DNA of 64,000 nucleotides from Polyangiales bacterium (lineage in GTDB: Bacteria; Myxococcota_A; Polyangia; Polyangiales; JADJQN01), in assembly GCA_964202905.1 (NCBI GenBank), contig CAXNJO010000004.1:192001-256000 (forward strand), in the 5' to 3' direction. Shown in pieces: positions 10,219 to 18,859 of this stretch; the first letter of the stretch is position 1, and every line of letters begins with the position of its first letter. Made by a program: the position numbers and the translations under genes. Under the pieces are notes generated by a model that was not told the origin of the DNA, made no database searches, and saw only the letters and a list, made by a program, of their open reading frames with translations.

Positions 10219-11361
10219 ATGCACTTCGAGCTATCCGAGACGCACCGCAGCATCCGCGACACCGCCCGAGATTTCGCCACCCGGGAGGTCGCCCCCCACG
10301 CCGCGCGCTGGGACAAGGAAGAGCGCTTCCCCGCGGAGATCATGCCCGCCCTCGGCGCGCTCGGCTTCCTCGGCATCCGCATCCCGGAGGACTACGGCGG
10401 CTCCGGGCTCGACACGCTGGCCTACGCCATCATCGTCGAGGAGATCGCGCGCGCAGACGGCTCGCTGGCGCTGACGGTCGCGTCCCACAACGGGCTCGGC
10501 TCGTCGCATCTCTTCACGTTTGGCTCCGAAACCCTGAAGCGGAAGTACGTGCCGCGCCTCGCATCGGGAGAGATCCTCGGCGCCTGGGCCCTCACCGAGC
10601 CCGGCTCGGGGTCCGATGCGGCCGCGCTCGCGACGCGCGCGGTGCGCAGCGGCGACGGCTGGATCATCAACGGCACCAAGATGTTCATCACGCAGGGCTC
10701 GGTCGGCGGCCTGTGCGTGGTGCTCGCGGCGACGTCCCCGGAGAAGAAGCAGCGGGGCATCACCGCCTTCGCCGTCGAGATGGGCACGCCCGGCTTCCGC
10801 GCCTCGAAACACCTCGAAAAGATGGGCATGCGCTCGTCCGACACGGTCGAACTCTCGCTCGAGGACGTGTACGTCCCCGACACGATGCGCATCGGCGAGG
10901 TCGACGGCGGCTTCATCGACACCCTCCAGATCCTCGACCGGGGACGCGTGTCGATCGCGGCGCTCGCGCTCGGACTCGGGGAAGGCGCGCTCGCCGCGGC
11001 CCTGAAGTACGCCAAGGACCGCACCGCGTTCGGCCAACCGATCGCGAACTTTCAGGCGATCCAGTGGATGATCGCGGACGCGCGCACGGAGCTCGACGCG
11101 GCGCGCCTGCTCACGTACCGCGCGGCGGTGCTCGCGGACGGCGGCCAGCGCTACTCCACCGAGGCGTCGATGGCGAAGCTCTACGCGAGCGAGGCCGCGT
11201 CCCGCGCCTGCAACAGCGCCCTGCAGATCCACGGCGGCTACGGGTACACGCGCGAGTTCCCCGTCGAGCGCCACCTGCGCGACGCCAAGCTCTGCGAGAT
11301 CGGCGAGGGCACCAGCGAGGTGCAGCGGATGATCATCGCGCGCAACGTCCTCGGCGCCTAG
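10219..11361 (+). CDS. Acyl-CoA dehydrogenase
   Basis: [41 protein letters not shown]. Confidence 0.95.
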   Translation: MHFELSETHRSIRDTARDFATREVAPHAARWDKEERFPAEIMPALGALGFLGIRIPEDYGGSGLDTLAYAIIVEEIARADGSLALTVASHNGLGSSHLFTFGSETLKRKYVPRLASGEILGAWALTEPGSGSDAAALATRAVRSGDGWIINGTKMFITQGSVGGLCVVLAATSPEKKQRGITAFAVEMGTPGFRASKHLEKMGMRSSDTVELSLEDVYVPDTMRIGEVDGGFIDTLQILDRGRVSIAALALGLGEGALAAALKYAKDRTAFGQPIANFQAIQWMIADARTELDAARLLTYRAAVLADGGQRYSTEASMAKLYASEAASRACNSALQIHGGYGYTREFPVERHLRDAKLCEIGEGTSEVQRMIIARNVLGA

Positions 11362-11406
11362 CGCCGGCTGCGGCCAACGCCTCGCGCGGCGACGCGGACG
11401 CCTCCC

Positions 11407-12054
11407 CTAGGGTCTCCCGCGGCCTCGGCGGCGCGGGCGCCCGCTTGGCCCGTTGCCGCGCACCAACACCTCGACGCGCACGTCCACCACACCGCGCGCG
11501 AGGGCGCCGAGTCGCGTCGCCGCGGCGCGCGACAGATCGACGATGCGCGCCGCATCGCCGAAGGGCCCGCGGTCGTTCACGCGCACCACCACGCTCCGCG
11601 CGTCGTCCCCCGGGCGCACGACCCGCAGCACCGTGCCGAAGGGGAGGGTGCGGTGCGCGCAGGTGTAGGCCTGCGGATCGTAGGGTTCGCCCGTGGCCGT
11701 CGGGCGCCCCGCGAGGCCGTCGTGGTAGTAGCTCGCGCGCCCTGTGAGGACCTCGAGCACGGGCGTGCCACGGTGCGCGGCGTCGAGCGGGTTGTCGCGC
11801 AACCCCGCCACGCTCGTGCCCGCGACGGGGAGCGTCCCTGCGCGGACGAGGGCGGCGTCCGCGGCGGAGAGCGCCGGAGGCGGTGGCTCCGGGGCCTCCT
11901 CGAGGCGGTCCGGCGGCGCCGTCCCGGCACGCACGAGCATGCGCGCGCGCTCGTCGGCGGATCCCCCCCCGCGCACCCCGGTCCCCGCGCACCCCGCGAG
12001 CGCCGCGGCACGACGAGGAGGAGCAACCGCGCAGCACGCAAACTCACTGGCCAT
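11407..12054 (-). CDS. rlpA: RlpA-family septal ring lytic transglycosylase (DPBB)
   Basis: GRASYY, TATGEPYD, CAHRTLPFGT, VRVNDRGPF, IVDLSRAAA; possible lipobox LAGC. Confidence 0.9.
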   Translation of the reverse strand: MASEFACCAVAPPRRAAALAGCAGTGVRGGGSADERARMLVRAGTAPPDRLEEAPEPPPPALSAADAALVRAGTLPVAGTSVAGLRDNPLDAAHRGTPVLEVLTGRASYYHDGLAGRPTATGEPYDPQAYTCAHRTLPFGTVLRVVRPGDDARSVVVRVNDRGPFGDAARIVDLSRAAATRLGALARGVVDVRVEVLVRGNGPSGRPRRRGRGRP

Positions 12055-13645
12055 GCCCGGGCGCGATCAACATGCGCCGGTACGTCGGGTAGTGGAACTG
12101 GTCGCTGTGCTCGTGGTTGTGGCACTGCACGCAGACCGTCTCGGGGACGTCGACGCGCGCGACCGGCACGCCCCCGTCCGCCGCGTGCGCGCTGCCGGGC
12201 CCGTGACACGTCTCGCAGCCGACGTCGACGAGTCCCTCGTGGTGCGTCACGGTCGACCCGCCGGGCTGGTTGTAGCCGGTGACGTGGCAACCGACGCAGC
12301 TCAGGTTGTACTCCTTGTGCAGGCCCGTGAGCGTCGCGTAGGCGCGCCCGTGCGGGGTCGTTCGCCACCACGTGTACTCCGCGGCGTGGCAACTTCGGCA
12401 CGTCTCGGCGCCCACGTAGTGCGGCTGTCCCGGTGCGGGGGGGCGCGGCAGCAGGCCGGCGAACGCGACCTTGTTGTGCGTGTTCACGCGCTCGTCGTAG
12501 CGGTCGACGAGGCGCGCGATCTGCGGCTCGCCGCGCACTTCGGGCCCCAGCTCGACGAAGCGCGCGGCGAAGGCGTTTCCGGTCGTCGTCGGCCGCGTCC
12601 GGAGCGACTCCCGCTCGCGCTCCATCGTGTCGAGGCGCGCGCGCTGCGCGTCGAGATCCGCTTGCGGGTGGCCGCTGCGCGCCCACTCCGTCAGGCGCGC
12701 CCGCAGCGCGGCGATCGACTCCGCGAGACGCGCACGCTCGCGCGTCCGTGTCCACGCGCCGATGTCCGAATAAGGCCCTGCGCCGCGACGGAACACGTCG
12801 ACCACGAGGAGCCCGTGCCCCTGGCGCGCGGCGTTCAGCGTGATGGTGTCTCCGGCGCGGGACGGGACCACTGGCTCGCCCTCCGCGAGCCCGCCCTCGA
12901 CGAGGAAGTCGAGGCCCGGCGTCCCCGTCGCGACGGTGCGCGCGCTCCGCCGCGAGGCGCGCGCGAGCCCGATCACCACGTCGGCCCCCGCGGCCCGCAG
13001 CCGCGCAGCCTCGGTCTGCGCGGCCGCCCGCAAATCCCCGTTCGCCGCGATCCCTTCGGGAATGGCGCCGTTCGGCGCCTCGGGCTCGCTCACCCCGAAC
13101 ACACCGACCTTGAGCGGGCCGAGCGCAAGGAGCACCGGCTCCGCGTGCAGCGGCGCCCCGTCGAACTGAAGATTTGCGGCGAGGAGCGGGAAGCGCGCAG
13201 CCCCCGCGAGGCGACGGAGCGTCGGGACGCCCTGCCGGGCATCGAGCGGCCCCGCGGTGGCGGCGGCGAGGCCGAGGCGCGAGAGGACTTCGACGAGGGT
13301 CTCTGCCTTCCAGCCTTCCTGTGCGCTCGCGTCCGCGCCGCGCACGCTGTGCTCGAGGCCGTCGAACAGGAGATCGCCCGCGTGGACGAAGAGCGTGGGC
13401 GTCCCATCCGCGCGCGCCTCCGCGAGCGCGGTGGCCAGCTTGTCGATCCCGCCGAGCGGGCGCCGCTGGCAGCCACACGGCTCGAGATAGCCCTCGAGAT
13501 CGGTCGCAACCACGAGGCGGAAGGTCGGCCGCGGAAGCCCCTGATCCGTGGGTTCAGGCGGTTCGCCGCCTCCCGTGGAGCCCGACCCGCCGCTGCACGC
13601 GACGAGACAAGCGAGCACGAGCGCGAAGGTGCGCATGCGGAACAT
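12044..13645 (-). CDS. Lipoprotein: UshA/5'-nucleotidase-like domain fused to tetraheme cytochrome c554-like domain
   Basis: Lipobox LVAC; GYLEPCGC; heme motifs CRSCH, CVGCH, CETCH, CVQCH; start 13645 or 13636. Confidence 0.85.
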   Translation of the reverse strand: MFRMRTFALVLACLVACSGGSGSTGGGEPPEPTDQGLPRPTFRLVVATDLEGYLEPCGCQRRPLGGIDKLATALAEARADGTPTLFVHAGDLLFDGLEHSVRGADASAQEGWKAETLVEVLSRLGLAAATAGPLDARQGVPTLRRLAGAARFPLLAANLQFDGAPLHAEPVLLALGPLKVGVFGVSEPEAPNGAIPEGIAANGDLRAAAQTEAARLRAAGADVVIGLARASRRSARTVATGTPGLDFLVEGGLAEGEPVVPSRAGDTITLNAARQGHGLLVVDVFRRGAGPYSDIGAWTRTRERARLAESIAALRARLTEWARSGHPQADLDAQRARLDTMERERESLRTRPTTTGNAFAARFVELGPEVRGEPQIARLVDRYDERVNTHNKVAFAGLLPRPPAPGQPHYVGAETCRSCHAAEYTWWRTTPHGRAYATLTGLHKEYNLSCVGCHVTGYNQPGGSTVTHHEGLVDVGCETCHGPGSAHAADGGVPVARVDVPETVCVQCHNHEHSDQFHYPTYRRMLIAPGHGQ

Positions 13646-13714
13646 CGACGCTGTTGTAGCATCGCGCGCGGCGCGCCCACTCCGTCCCCGACGCCCCCGC
13701 ATCCGCCCTCGCGC

Positions 13715-13743
13715 TTGACGAGCCCGCCCGGCGCGGATACCTT
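13715..13743 (+). promoter_or_regulatory. Putative sigma70 promoter of rpsP operon, TTGACG-N17-TACCTT
   Basis: Near-consensus hexamers with 17-nt spacer. Confidence 0.65.
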
Positions 13744-13836
13744 CCGCCACCCTCCGCACGGGCACCGTCCGCGCGGGCTCCGATTGGCAGTCGCGGTGTC
13801 GCCTCCCGGCACCGCCCGCAGACAGAGGCACTCTCG

Positions 13837-14094
13837 ATGGTCAAGGTCCGCCTGGCGCGCTTCGGTGCGAAGAAGCACCCCTACTACCACATCGTCGTCA
13901 CCGACTCGGACAACCGCCGGGACGGCCGTTTCCTCGAGGAAATCGGCAAGTACGACCCCTCGAAGCCGCCGACGGCCGCCACCCTCGACGAGACGCGCCT
14001 CGCGTACTGGGTCGGCAAGGGCGCCCAGGTGTCCGTCACCGTGTCGCGCGTCGTCCGCCTGAAGAAGGCCGCGACCGCCGCGGCCGCGGGCTGA
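13837..14094 (+). CDS. rpsP: 30S ribosomal protein S16
   Basis: MVKVRLARFGAKKHPYYHIVV...RDGRFLEEIGKYDP. Confidence 0.98.
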   Translation: MVKVRLARFGAKKHPYYHIVVTDSDNRRDGRFLEEIGKYDPSKPPTAATLDETRLAYWVGKGAQVSVTVSRVVRLKKAATAAAAG

Positions 14095-14105
14095 GGCTCT
14101 CCGCG

Positions 14106-14345
14106 ATGGAGCAGATGAAAGACCTCGTCTCGTATCTGGCGCGCTCCCTCGTGGACGAGCCGGAGGCGGTCGAGGTCGTCGCCATCGAGGGCGACCACTC
14201 CATCGTCATCGAGCTCACGGTCGCGCCGGACGATCTAGGCAAGGTCATCGGCAAGGAGGGCCGCACCGCGCGCGCCATCCGCACCTTGCTCGCCGCGACC
14301 TCCGCCAAGCAGCGCAAGCGCGCCGTCCTCGACATCCTCGAGTAG
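14106..14345 (+). CDS. khpA: KH-domain RNA-binding protein
   Basis: DLGKVIGKEGRTARAIRT; conserved position after rpsP. Confidence 0.95.
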   Translation: MEQMKDLVSYLARSLVDEPEAVEVVAIEGDHSIVIELTVAPDDLGKVIGKEGRTARAIRTLLAATSAKQRKRAVLDILE

Positions 14346-14375
14346 ACGGCGCCCGCGCCCGCAGGCCCGGCATTC

Positions 14376-15017
14376 ATGGACAAGAATCCCCCGTCGAAGG
14401 CGGAGGTCCCGCCCGCGTCCGAGGCGCTGGTCACGGTGGGCGTCATCGCGCGCGCGCACGGCCTACGCGGCGAGGTGCGCTGTCACCCGTTGAACCCCGG
14501 GTCCACGCTGCTCGCGGCGCAGCGTTCGCTCGTGTTGCGTGCCGCCGGCGGCGGCCCCGTGCGCACCCTGCGGGTGATTCGCTCCCGGCCTGAGCGGGGT
14601 GCGGTGCTGGCGCTCCTCGAGGGCATCGACACCCGGGAGGCCGCCGAGGCGCTCCGCGGCCTCGAGGTCTGCGTGCCACGCAGCGCCTTCCCCGAGCCCC
14701 GCGCCGACGAGTGGTACGTCGTCGACCTCATCGGACTCGCTGCGCGCACGCCCGAGGGCACGCCGCTCGGCGACGTCGTCGATGTCGTGCAGTACCCGAC
14801 GATCGACTGCCTCCGCGTCCGCAGCGCCGACGGAATACGCGAAGTCCCGATGATCGAGCCGTATTTCCTCGCGGCAGACGTCGCCGGCGGGCACGTCACG
14901 CTCGGGACGCTCGAGGAGCTCGAGGTCGAGGCGCCGCGCGCGCCCCGCGCGAAATCTTCTGGAGCCAGCAAACCCGCCGCGCGGCCTGCGGTGGACGACG
15001 ACGGCCCGCGGGAGTAG
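14376..15017 (+). CDS. rimM: Ribosome maturation factor RimM
   Basis: VGVIARAHGLRGEV, EAAEALRG, EWYVVDLIG; synteny. Confidence 0.95.
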   Translation: MDKNPPSKAEVPPASEALVTVGVIARAHGLRGEVRCHPLNPGSTLLAAQRSLVLRAAGGGPVRTLRVIRSRPERGAVLALLEGIDTREAAEALRGLEVCVPRSAFPEPRADEWYVVDLIGLAARTPEGTPLGDVVDVVQYPTIDCLRVRSADGIREVPMIEPYFLAADVAGGHVTLGTLEELEVEAPRAPRAKSSGASKPAARPAVDDDGPRE

Positions 15018-15021
15018 CAGC

Positions 15022-15834
15022 GTGCGCTTCGACGTCGTCACGCTGTTCCCCGAGCTTTTCGGGCCCTTCCTCGAGCTTGCACTGGTCGGCAAGGCCGCAC
15101 GGGCCGGGACGATCCGCGTGCGCTTCCAGTCGCCGCGCGACTTCGGCGTCGACAAGCACGGCAGCACCGACGACACCCCGTACGGAGGCGGGCACGGGAT
15201 GGTCATGCGCCCGGGGCCGATCGTCGACGCCCTCGAGACGCTCGACGCGTCACGCGCTCCCGACGAAGCGCGTGCGCATCGCGTGCTCTTGAGCCCTCAG
15301 GGGGCGCCGTTCACGCAGGCGACCGCCCGCCGGTTCGCCCGGCTCTGCTCCGGCGATGACGGCGGCGCAGGCGTGGGGAAGGGCGCGCTCGCCCTCGTGT
15401 GTGGCCGCTACGAGGGCTTCGACGAGCGCGTCCGCGCCTTCGTCGATGAGGAGATCTCCGTGGGAGACTTCGTGATGACCGGCGGCGAGGTCGCCGCGAT
15501 GTGCGTCATCGAGGCGACGGCGCGCCTCGTCCCCGGGGTCCTCGGGAACCTCGCGTCGACGGACGACGAGTCGCACGCCGACGGGTTGCTCGAGTACCCG
15601 CAGTACACGCGGCCGCCCGAGTTCCGTGGGATGCCCGTGCCGGCCATCCTGCTCTCCGGCGACCACGCCAAGATCGCCCGCTGGCGCCGCGACGAGTCGC
15701 TGCGGCGCACGCACACGCGTCGTCCCGACCTGTGGCGCGCGGCCGCTGCGACGGAGGACGAGCGCGCGCGGATCGAGGGACGCGAGCCCCCGCCGCCCCC
15801 ACCTGGCCGACGTCGCGCGCGGAGGTCCCCGTGA
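15022..15834 (+). CDS. trmD: tRNA (guanine37-N1)-methyltransferase
   Basis: TLFPE, DDTPYGGGHGMVM, CGRYEGFDER, LLEYPQYTRP, LLSGDHAKI. Confidence 0.98.
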   Translation: MRFDVVTLFPELFGPFLELALVGKAARAGTIRVRFQSPRDFGVDKHGSTDDTPYGGGHGMVMRPGPIVDALETLDASRAPDEARAHRVLLSPQGAPFTQATARRFARLCSGDDGGAGVGKGALALVCGRYEGFDERVRAFVDEEISVGDFVMTGGEVAAMCVIEATARLVPGVLGNLASTDDESHADGLLEYPQYTRPPEFRGMPVPAILLSGDHAKIARWRRDESLRRTHTRRPDLWRAAAATEDERARIEGREPPPPPPGRRRARRSP

Positions 15835-16397
15835 GCGCCCCGGCCGTCTACAGCGCGCTCGTTCACTTCCCGGTTCGCGATCGCGCCGGGGACGCGGTCG
15901 CGAGCGCCGTGACCAACATCGACGTCCACGATCTCGCCCGCTCGGCGCGGACGTACGGGCTCCGCGGCTTCTACGTCGTCACGCCGATCACCGCACAACG
16001 GGCGATCGTCGCGCGCATCCTCGAACATTGGGAGAGCCCGGGCGGCGTCCGTCGCATGCCGGAGCGCGGGCAGGCGCTCTCCATCTGCGAATCCGCCGCC
16101 TCGGTCGACGAGGTCCTCGCGCGGATCGCCGAGCGCGAGGGCGCGCCTCCGCGCATCGTCACCACGAGCGCCCGGCGGGACGAGGGCAGGCCCGTGCACT
16201 CCTACGAGGAAGAGCGTGCTGCGATGTCGGCGGCGGGGCGCCCGACCCTCATCCTCTTCGGGACCGGGCACGGGCTTCACCCGGCGCTCGTCGCGCGTTC
16301 GGAGGCCCTCCTCGCGCCGATCCGCCCGGGCTCCTACAACCACCTGAGCGTGCGGGCCGCCGCCGCGATCACGCTCGACCGTCTGTTCGGCGACTAG
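15831..16397 (+). CDS. TrmD-associated SPOUT RNA methyltransferase (stand-alone)
   Basis: ALVHFPV, TNIDVHDLAR, LILFGTGHGL, YNHLSVRAAAAITLDRL; GTG overlaps the trmD stop. Confidence 0.9.
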   Translation: MSAPAVYSALVHFPVRDRAGDAVASAVTNIDVHDLARSARTYGLRGFYVVTPITAQRAIVARILEHWESPGGVRRMPERGQALSICESAASVDEVLARIAEREGAPPRIVTTSARRDEGRPVHSYEEERAAMSAAGRPTLILFGTGHGLHPALVARSEALLAPIRPGSYNHLSVRAAAAITLDRLFGD

Positions 16398-16409
16398 GCG
16401 GGTCGTCGG

Positions 16410-16874
16410 CTAGACGGCCGCCCCCGCGATCGCCGACAAGGCCTTCTGCACGTCGGCGACGTGCCGACCGATCAACAGCTCGTGGTGAAACACGCCGCGA
16501 ACGAGGCCGTCCGGCGCGATGACGTAGGTGACGCGCCGCACGCCGAGGCCGAACGCCCGCGTCGCCTGGAAACGTTTCGCCAGCGCGCCAGCCGGATCCG
16601 CGATGAGCGTGAAGGGCAGGCCGTGCTTGTCCGCGAAGCGCTTGTGCGAGGCCTCGTCGTCGACGCTGACACCCACGATCGTCGCGCCCCGCGCGTCGAG
16701 GTCCGCGAAGGCGTCGCGGAAGTTGCACGCCTCGATCGTGCAACCGGGCGTGAAGTCGCGCGGGTAGAAGTAGAGGACCACGGGGCCCCTCGCCAGGAGC
16801 GCATGGGAGTCGACCTCTCGCCCGTCCTGGTCACGACCGCTGAATTCGGGGGCTTTCTCGCCGACCTGGAGCAT
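16410..16874 (-). CDS. bcp: Peroxiredoxin BCP/PrxQ
   Basis: [16 protein letters not shown]; start at ATG 16874. Confidence 0.92.
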   Translation of the reverse strand: MLQVGEKAPEFSGRDQDGREVDSHALLARGPVVLYFYPRDFTPGCTIEACNFRDAFADLDARGATIVGVSVDDEASHKRFADKHGLPFTLIADPAGALAKRFQATRAFGLGVRRVTYVIAPDGLVRGVFHHELLIGRHVADVQKALSAIAGAAV

Positions 16875-16968
16875 GGGACGGAGTTGGGTCCGGCCACGAC
16901 GCTGCGCAAGGCGTGCCCCGGCAAGCCCCGCGCGGGGCATCCGCGAGCGCGCAATCGAAGCCCGCGCG

Positions 16969-16995
16969 TTGACGCCTCGGGAGGTGCGTGATAAT
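16969..16995 (+). promoter_or_regulatory. Possible rplS promoter TTGACG...GATAAT
   Basis: Both hexamers present but the spacer is only 15 nt. Confidence 0.35.
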
Positions 16996-17055
16996 TCTCC
17001 GCCCCTTCCCGCGAGAGGCTGTCAGTCCCTCTCCCGCTTCCGGAGTGAGAACGTC

Positions 17056-17439
17056 ATGGGTAGCAGCGTCCCCCAGATCGAAGCCATCGAGCGTGCGCAG
17101 TTCCGCCAGCTCCCCGAGTTCCGCGTCGGTGACACCATCAAGGTGCACTACCGCATCCGCGAGGGAGAGAAGGAGCGCATCCAGATCTTCCAGGGGCTGG
17201 TGATCCGCAAGTCGCGCGGCGGCGTCGGCACCACCTTCTGCGTCCGCAAGGTGAGCTACAGCGTCGGGGTCGAGCGCGTCTTCCCGCTCCACTCGCCCCG
17301 CATCGAGACGATCGAGGTCACCAGCCGCGGCCGCGTCCGTCGCTCGCGCCTCTACTATCTTCGCGACCTCGAGGGCAAGAAGGCCCGCCTCAAGGAGCGC
17401 GCCGCCCCGACGGCACAGGCTGTCGCCGCCGCGACCTGA
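17056..17439 (+). CDS. rplS: 50S ribosomal protein L19
   Basis: [41 protein letters not shown]. Confidence 0.98.
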   Translation: MGSSVPQIEAIERAQFRQLPEFRVGDTIKVHYRIREGEKERIQIFQGLVIRKSRGGVGTTFCVRKVSYSVGVERVFPLHSPRIETIEVTSRGRVRRSRLYYLRDLEGKKARLKERAAPTAQAVAAAT

Positions 17440-17463
17440 GCGACAGGTCGGCCCGATGGAATG

Positions 17464-17500
17464 CGAGGCGGGTCCCCCCGGGGGCTCGCCTCGTTTCGTT
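17464..17500 (+). terminator. Rho-independent terminator after rplS
   Basis: Stem CGAGGCGGGTCCC/GGGGCTCGCCTCG (two G-U pairs) followed by TTTCGTT. Confidence 0.7.
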
Positions 17501-17647
17501 GGTATGCCGCCAAGTCGCGGCGAAGGAGCGCCACAGCGTCTGCCCGCTGCGGCGCGAAACCCGGCGAGAACGACACCCACGAGCGACGCTCTCCGGCCGC
17601 CGTGCAGCGCTGACGCCGCACCGCACATCCGGCTGGCGCGCCGCGTC

Positions 17648-18451
17648 CTAGCCGAGCACGCGCAGCAATTCGTTGAGCGAGCCGGTGCGGTAGCCCGCGA
17701 GGTCGAGCGTGACGAACGTGTACCCGACGCGCTTCCCGACCGCGACGATGGCGTCGCGCTGCATGAAGGCGCTCTCGAGCTCGGCACGCGAGACCTCGAT
17801 GCGCGCCAGCTCGCCGTGGTGCCGGACGCGCACCTGACGCAGACCGAGATCTTTGAGAGCGTCCTCGAGCGCGCCGATCTGTGCGAGACGTTCGCGCGTG
17901 ACGGGCGTGCCGTAGGGGATGCGCGAGCTCAGGCATGCCGAGGCCGGCTTGTCCCAGACGTCCATGCCGAGCGAGCGCGCGAGCTCGCGCACCTCGGCCT
18001 TGCTCAACCCCGCCTCGACGAGCGGGCTGCGCACCCCGGCCTCACGCGCCGCCTCGAGACCGGGGCGGTAGTCACCGAGGTCGTCCGTGTTCGTGCCGTT
18101 GACGACCACCGCGAGGCCGAGCGTCTCGCGCTGGCGGGCCGTCGTCCGGTAGAGCTCGGACTTGCAGAAAAAGCAGCGATTCTGAGGGTTTGCCGCGTAG
18201 TTTGGGTCGCTCAGCTCGTCGGTGGCGACGACGACGTGCCGCGCGCCGAGCGCCTGCGCGATCCGCTCGGCGTCGAGGCGTTCGCGTTCGGGCAGCGAGG
18301 GGCTCACGGCGGTGAGGCCGACGGCCCGCTCGCCGAGCACGTCCGTCGCCACCTTCAGCACGAAGGCGCTGTCGAGACCGCCGCTGTACGCGACGAGGAC
18401 CGAGCCCATCTCGGAGACGATCTGTCGGAGTTGCGCGAGCTTGTCGGACAT
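17648..18451 (-). CDS. larE: LarE-family PP-loop ATP-dependent sulfur transferase (CxxC...C type)
   Basis: AYSGGLDS, RCFFCK, NGTNTDDLGDYRPG, WDKPASACLSSRIPYG, LDLAGYRTGSLN. Confidence 0.92.
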   Translation of the reverse strand: MSDKLAQLRQIVSEMGSVLVAYSGGLDSAFVLKVATDVLGERAVGLTAVSPSLPERERLDAERIAQALGARHVVVATDELSDPNYAANPQNRCFFCKSELYRTTARQRETLGLAVVVNGTNTDDLGDYRPGLEAAREAGVRSPLVEAGLSKAEVRELARSLGMDVWDKPASACLSSRIPYGTPVTRERLAQIGALEDALKDLGLRQVRVRHHGELARIEVSRAELESAFMQRDAIVAVGKRVGYTFVTLDLAGYRTGSLNELLRVLG

Positions 18452-18517
18452 GGGCCGCGCTTCTAGCGCCCGGCCTCCGGCGCGACAAGCCAGCCTGCTC
18501 GGACTGCGCGCACGCGT

Positions 18518-18859
18518 TCAGAGCGAGGGGATGAACGGTGCCTTGCCGGTCGAGGGGGTCTCGTAGGTCTTCTCGCTGCCATCTCGCAGGCGGATCTTCC
18601 AGAGCGTCTTGTGCTTCATCGCGCGGCCCTTGAGTTTCACGCCGCGCACCACGACGCTCGCCGGGAGCTGCATGTGAATGGCCTGCGTGGGGCAGACCTT
18701 GACGCACGCCGCGCAGTCCCAGCACTCGCGGTTGTCGCGGATCGCGGCCTTGCCGTTGGCCTTCAGGATCATGAGATCGCCGGGGCAATCGCGGACGCAC
18801 ATGGGCTCTTCCGCCGTCCCGCAGCCGTTGCACGCGCGCTCGTCGACGAAGATTCCCAT
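18518..18859 (-). CDS. aprB: Adenylylsulfate reductase beta subunit-like 2x[4Fe-4S] ferredoxin
   Basis: CNGCGTAEEPMCVRDCP and ECWDCAACVKVCP; TGATG coupling to aprA. Confidence 0.85.
   Translation of the reverse strand: MGIFVDERACNGCGTAEEPMCVRDCPGDLMILKANGKAAIRDNRECWDCAACVKVCPTQAIHMQLPASVVVRGVKLKGRAMKHKTLWKIRLRDGSEKTYETPSTGKAPFIPSL

Noticed and set aside
13465..13490. Selenocysteine recoding in the UshA-like CGC motif
   Set aside because: Both codons are Cys (TGT, TGC); there is no in-frame TGA.
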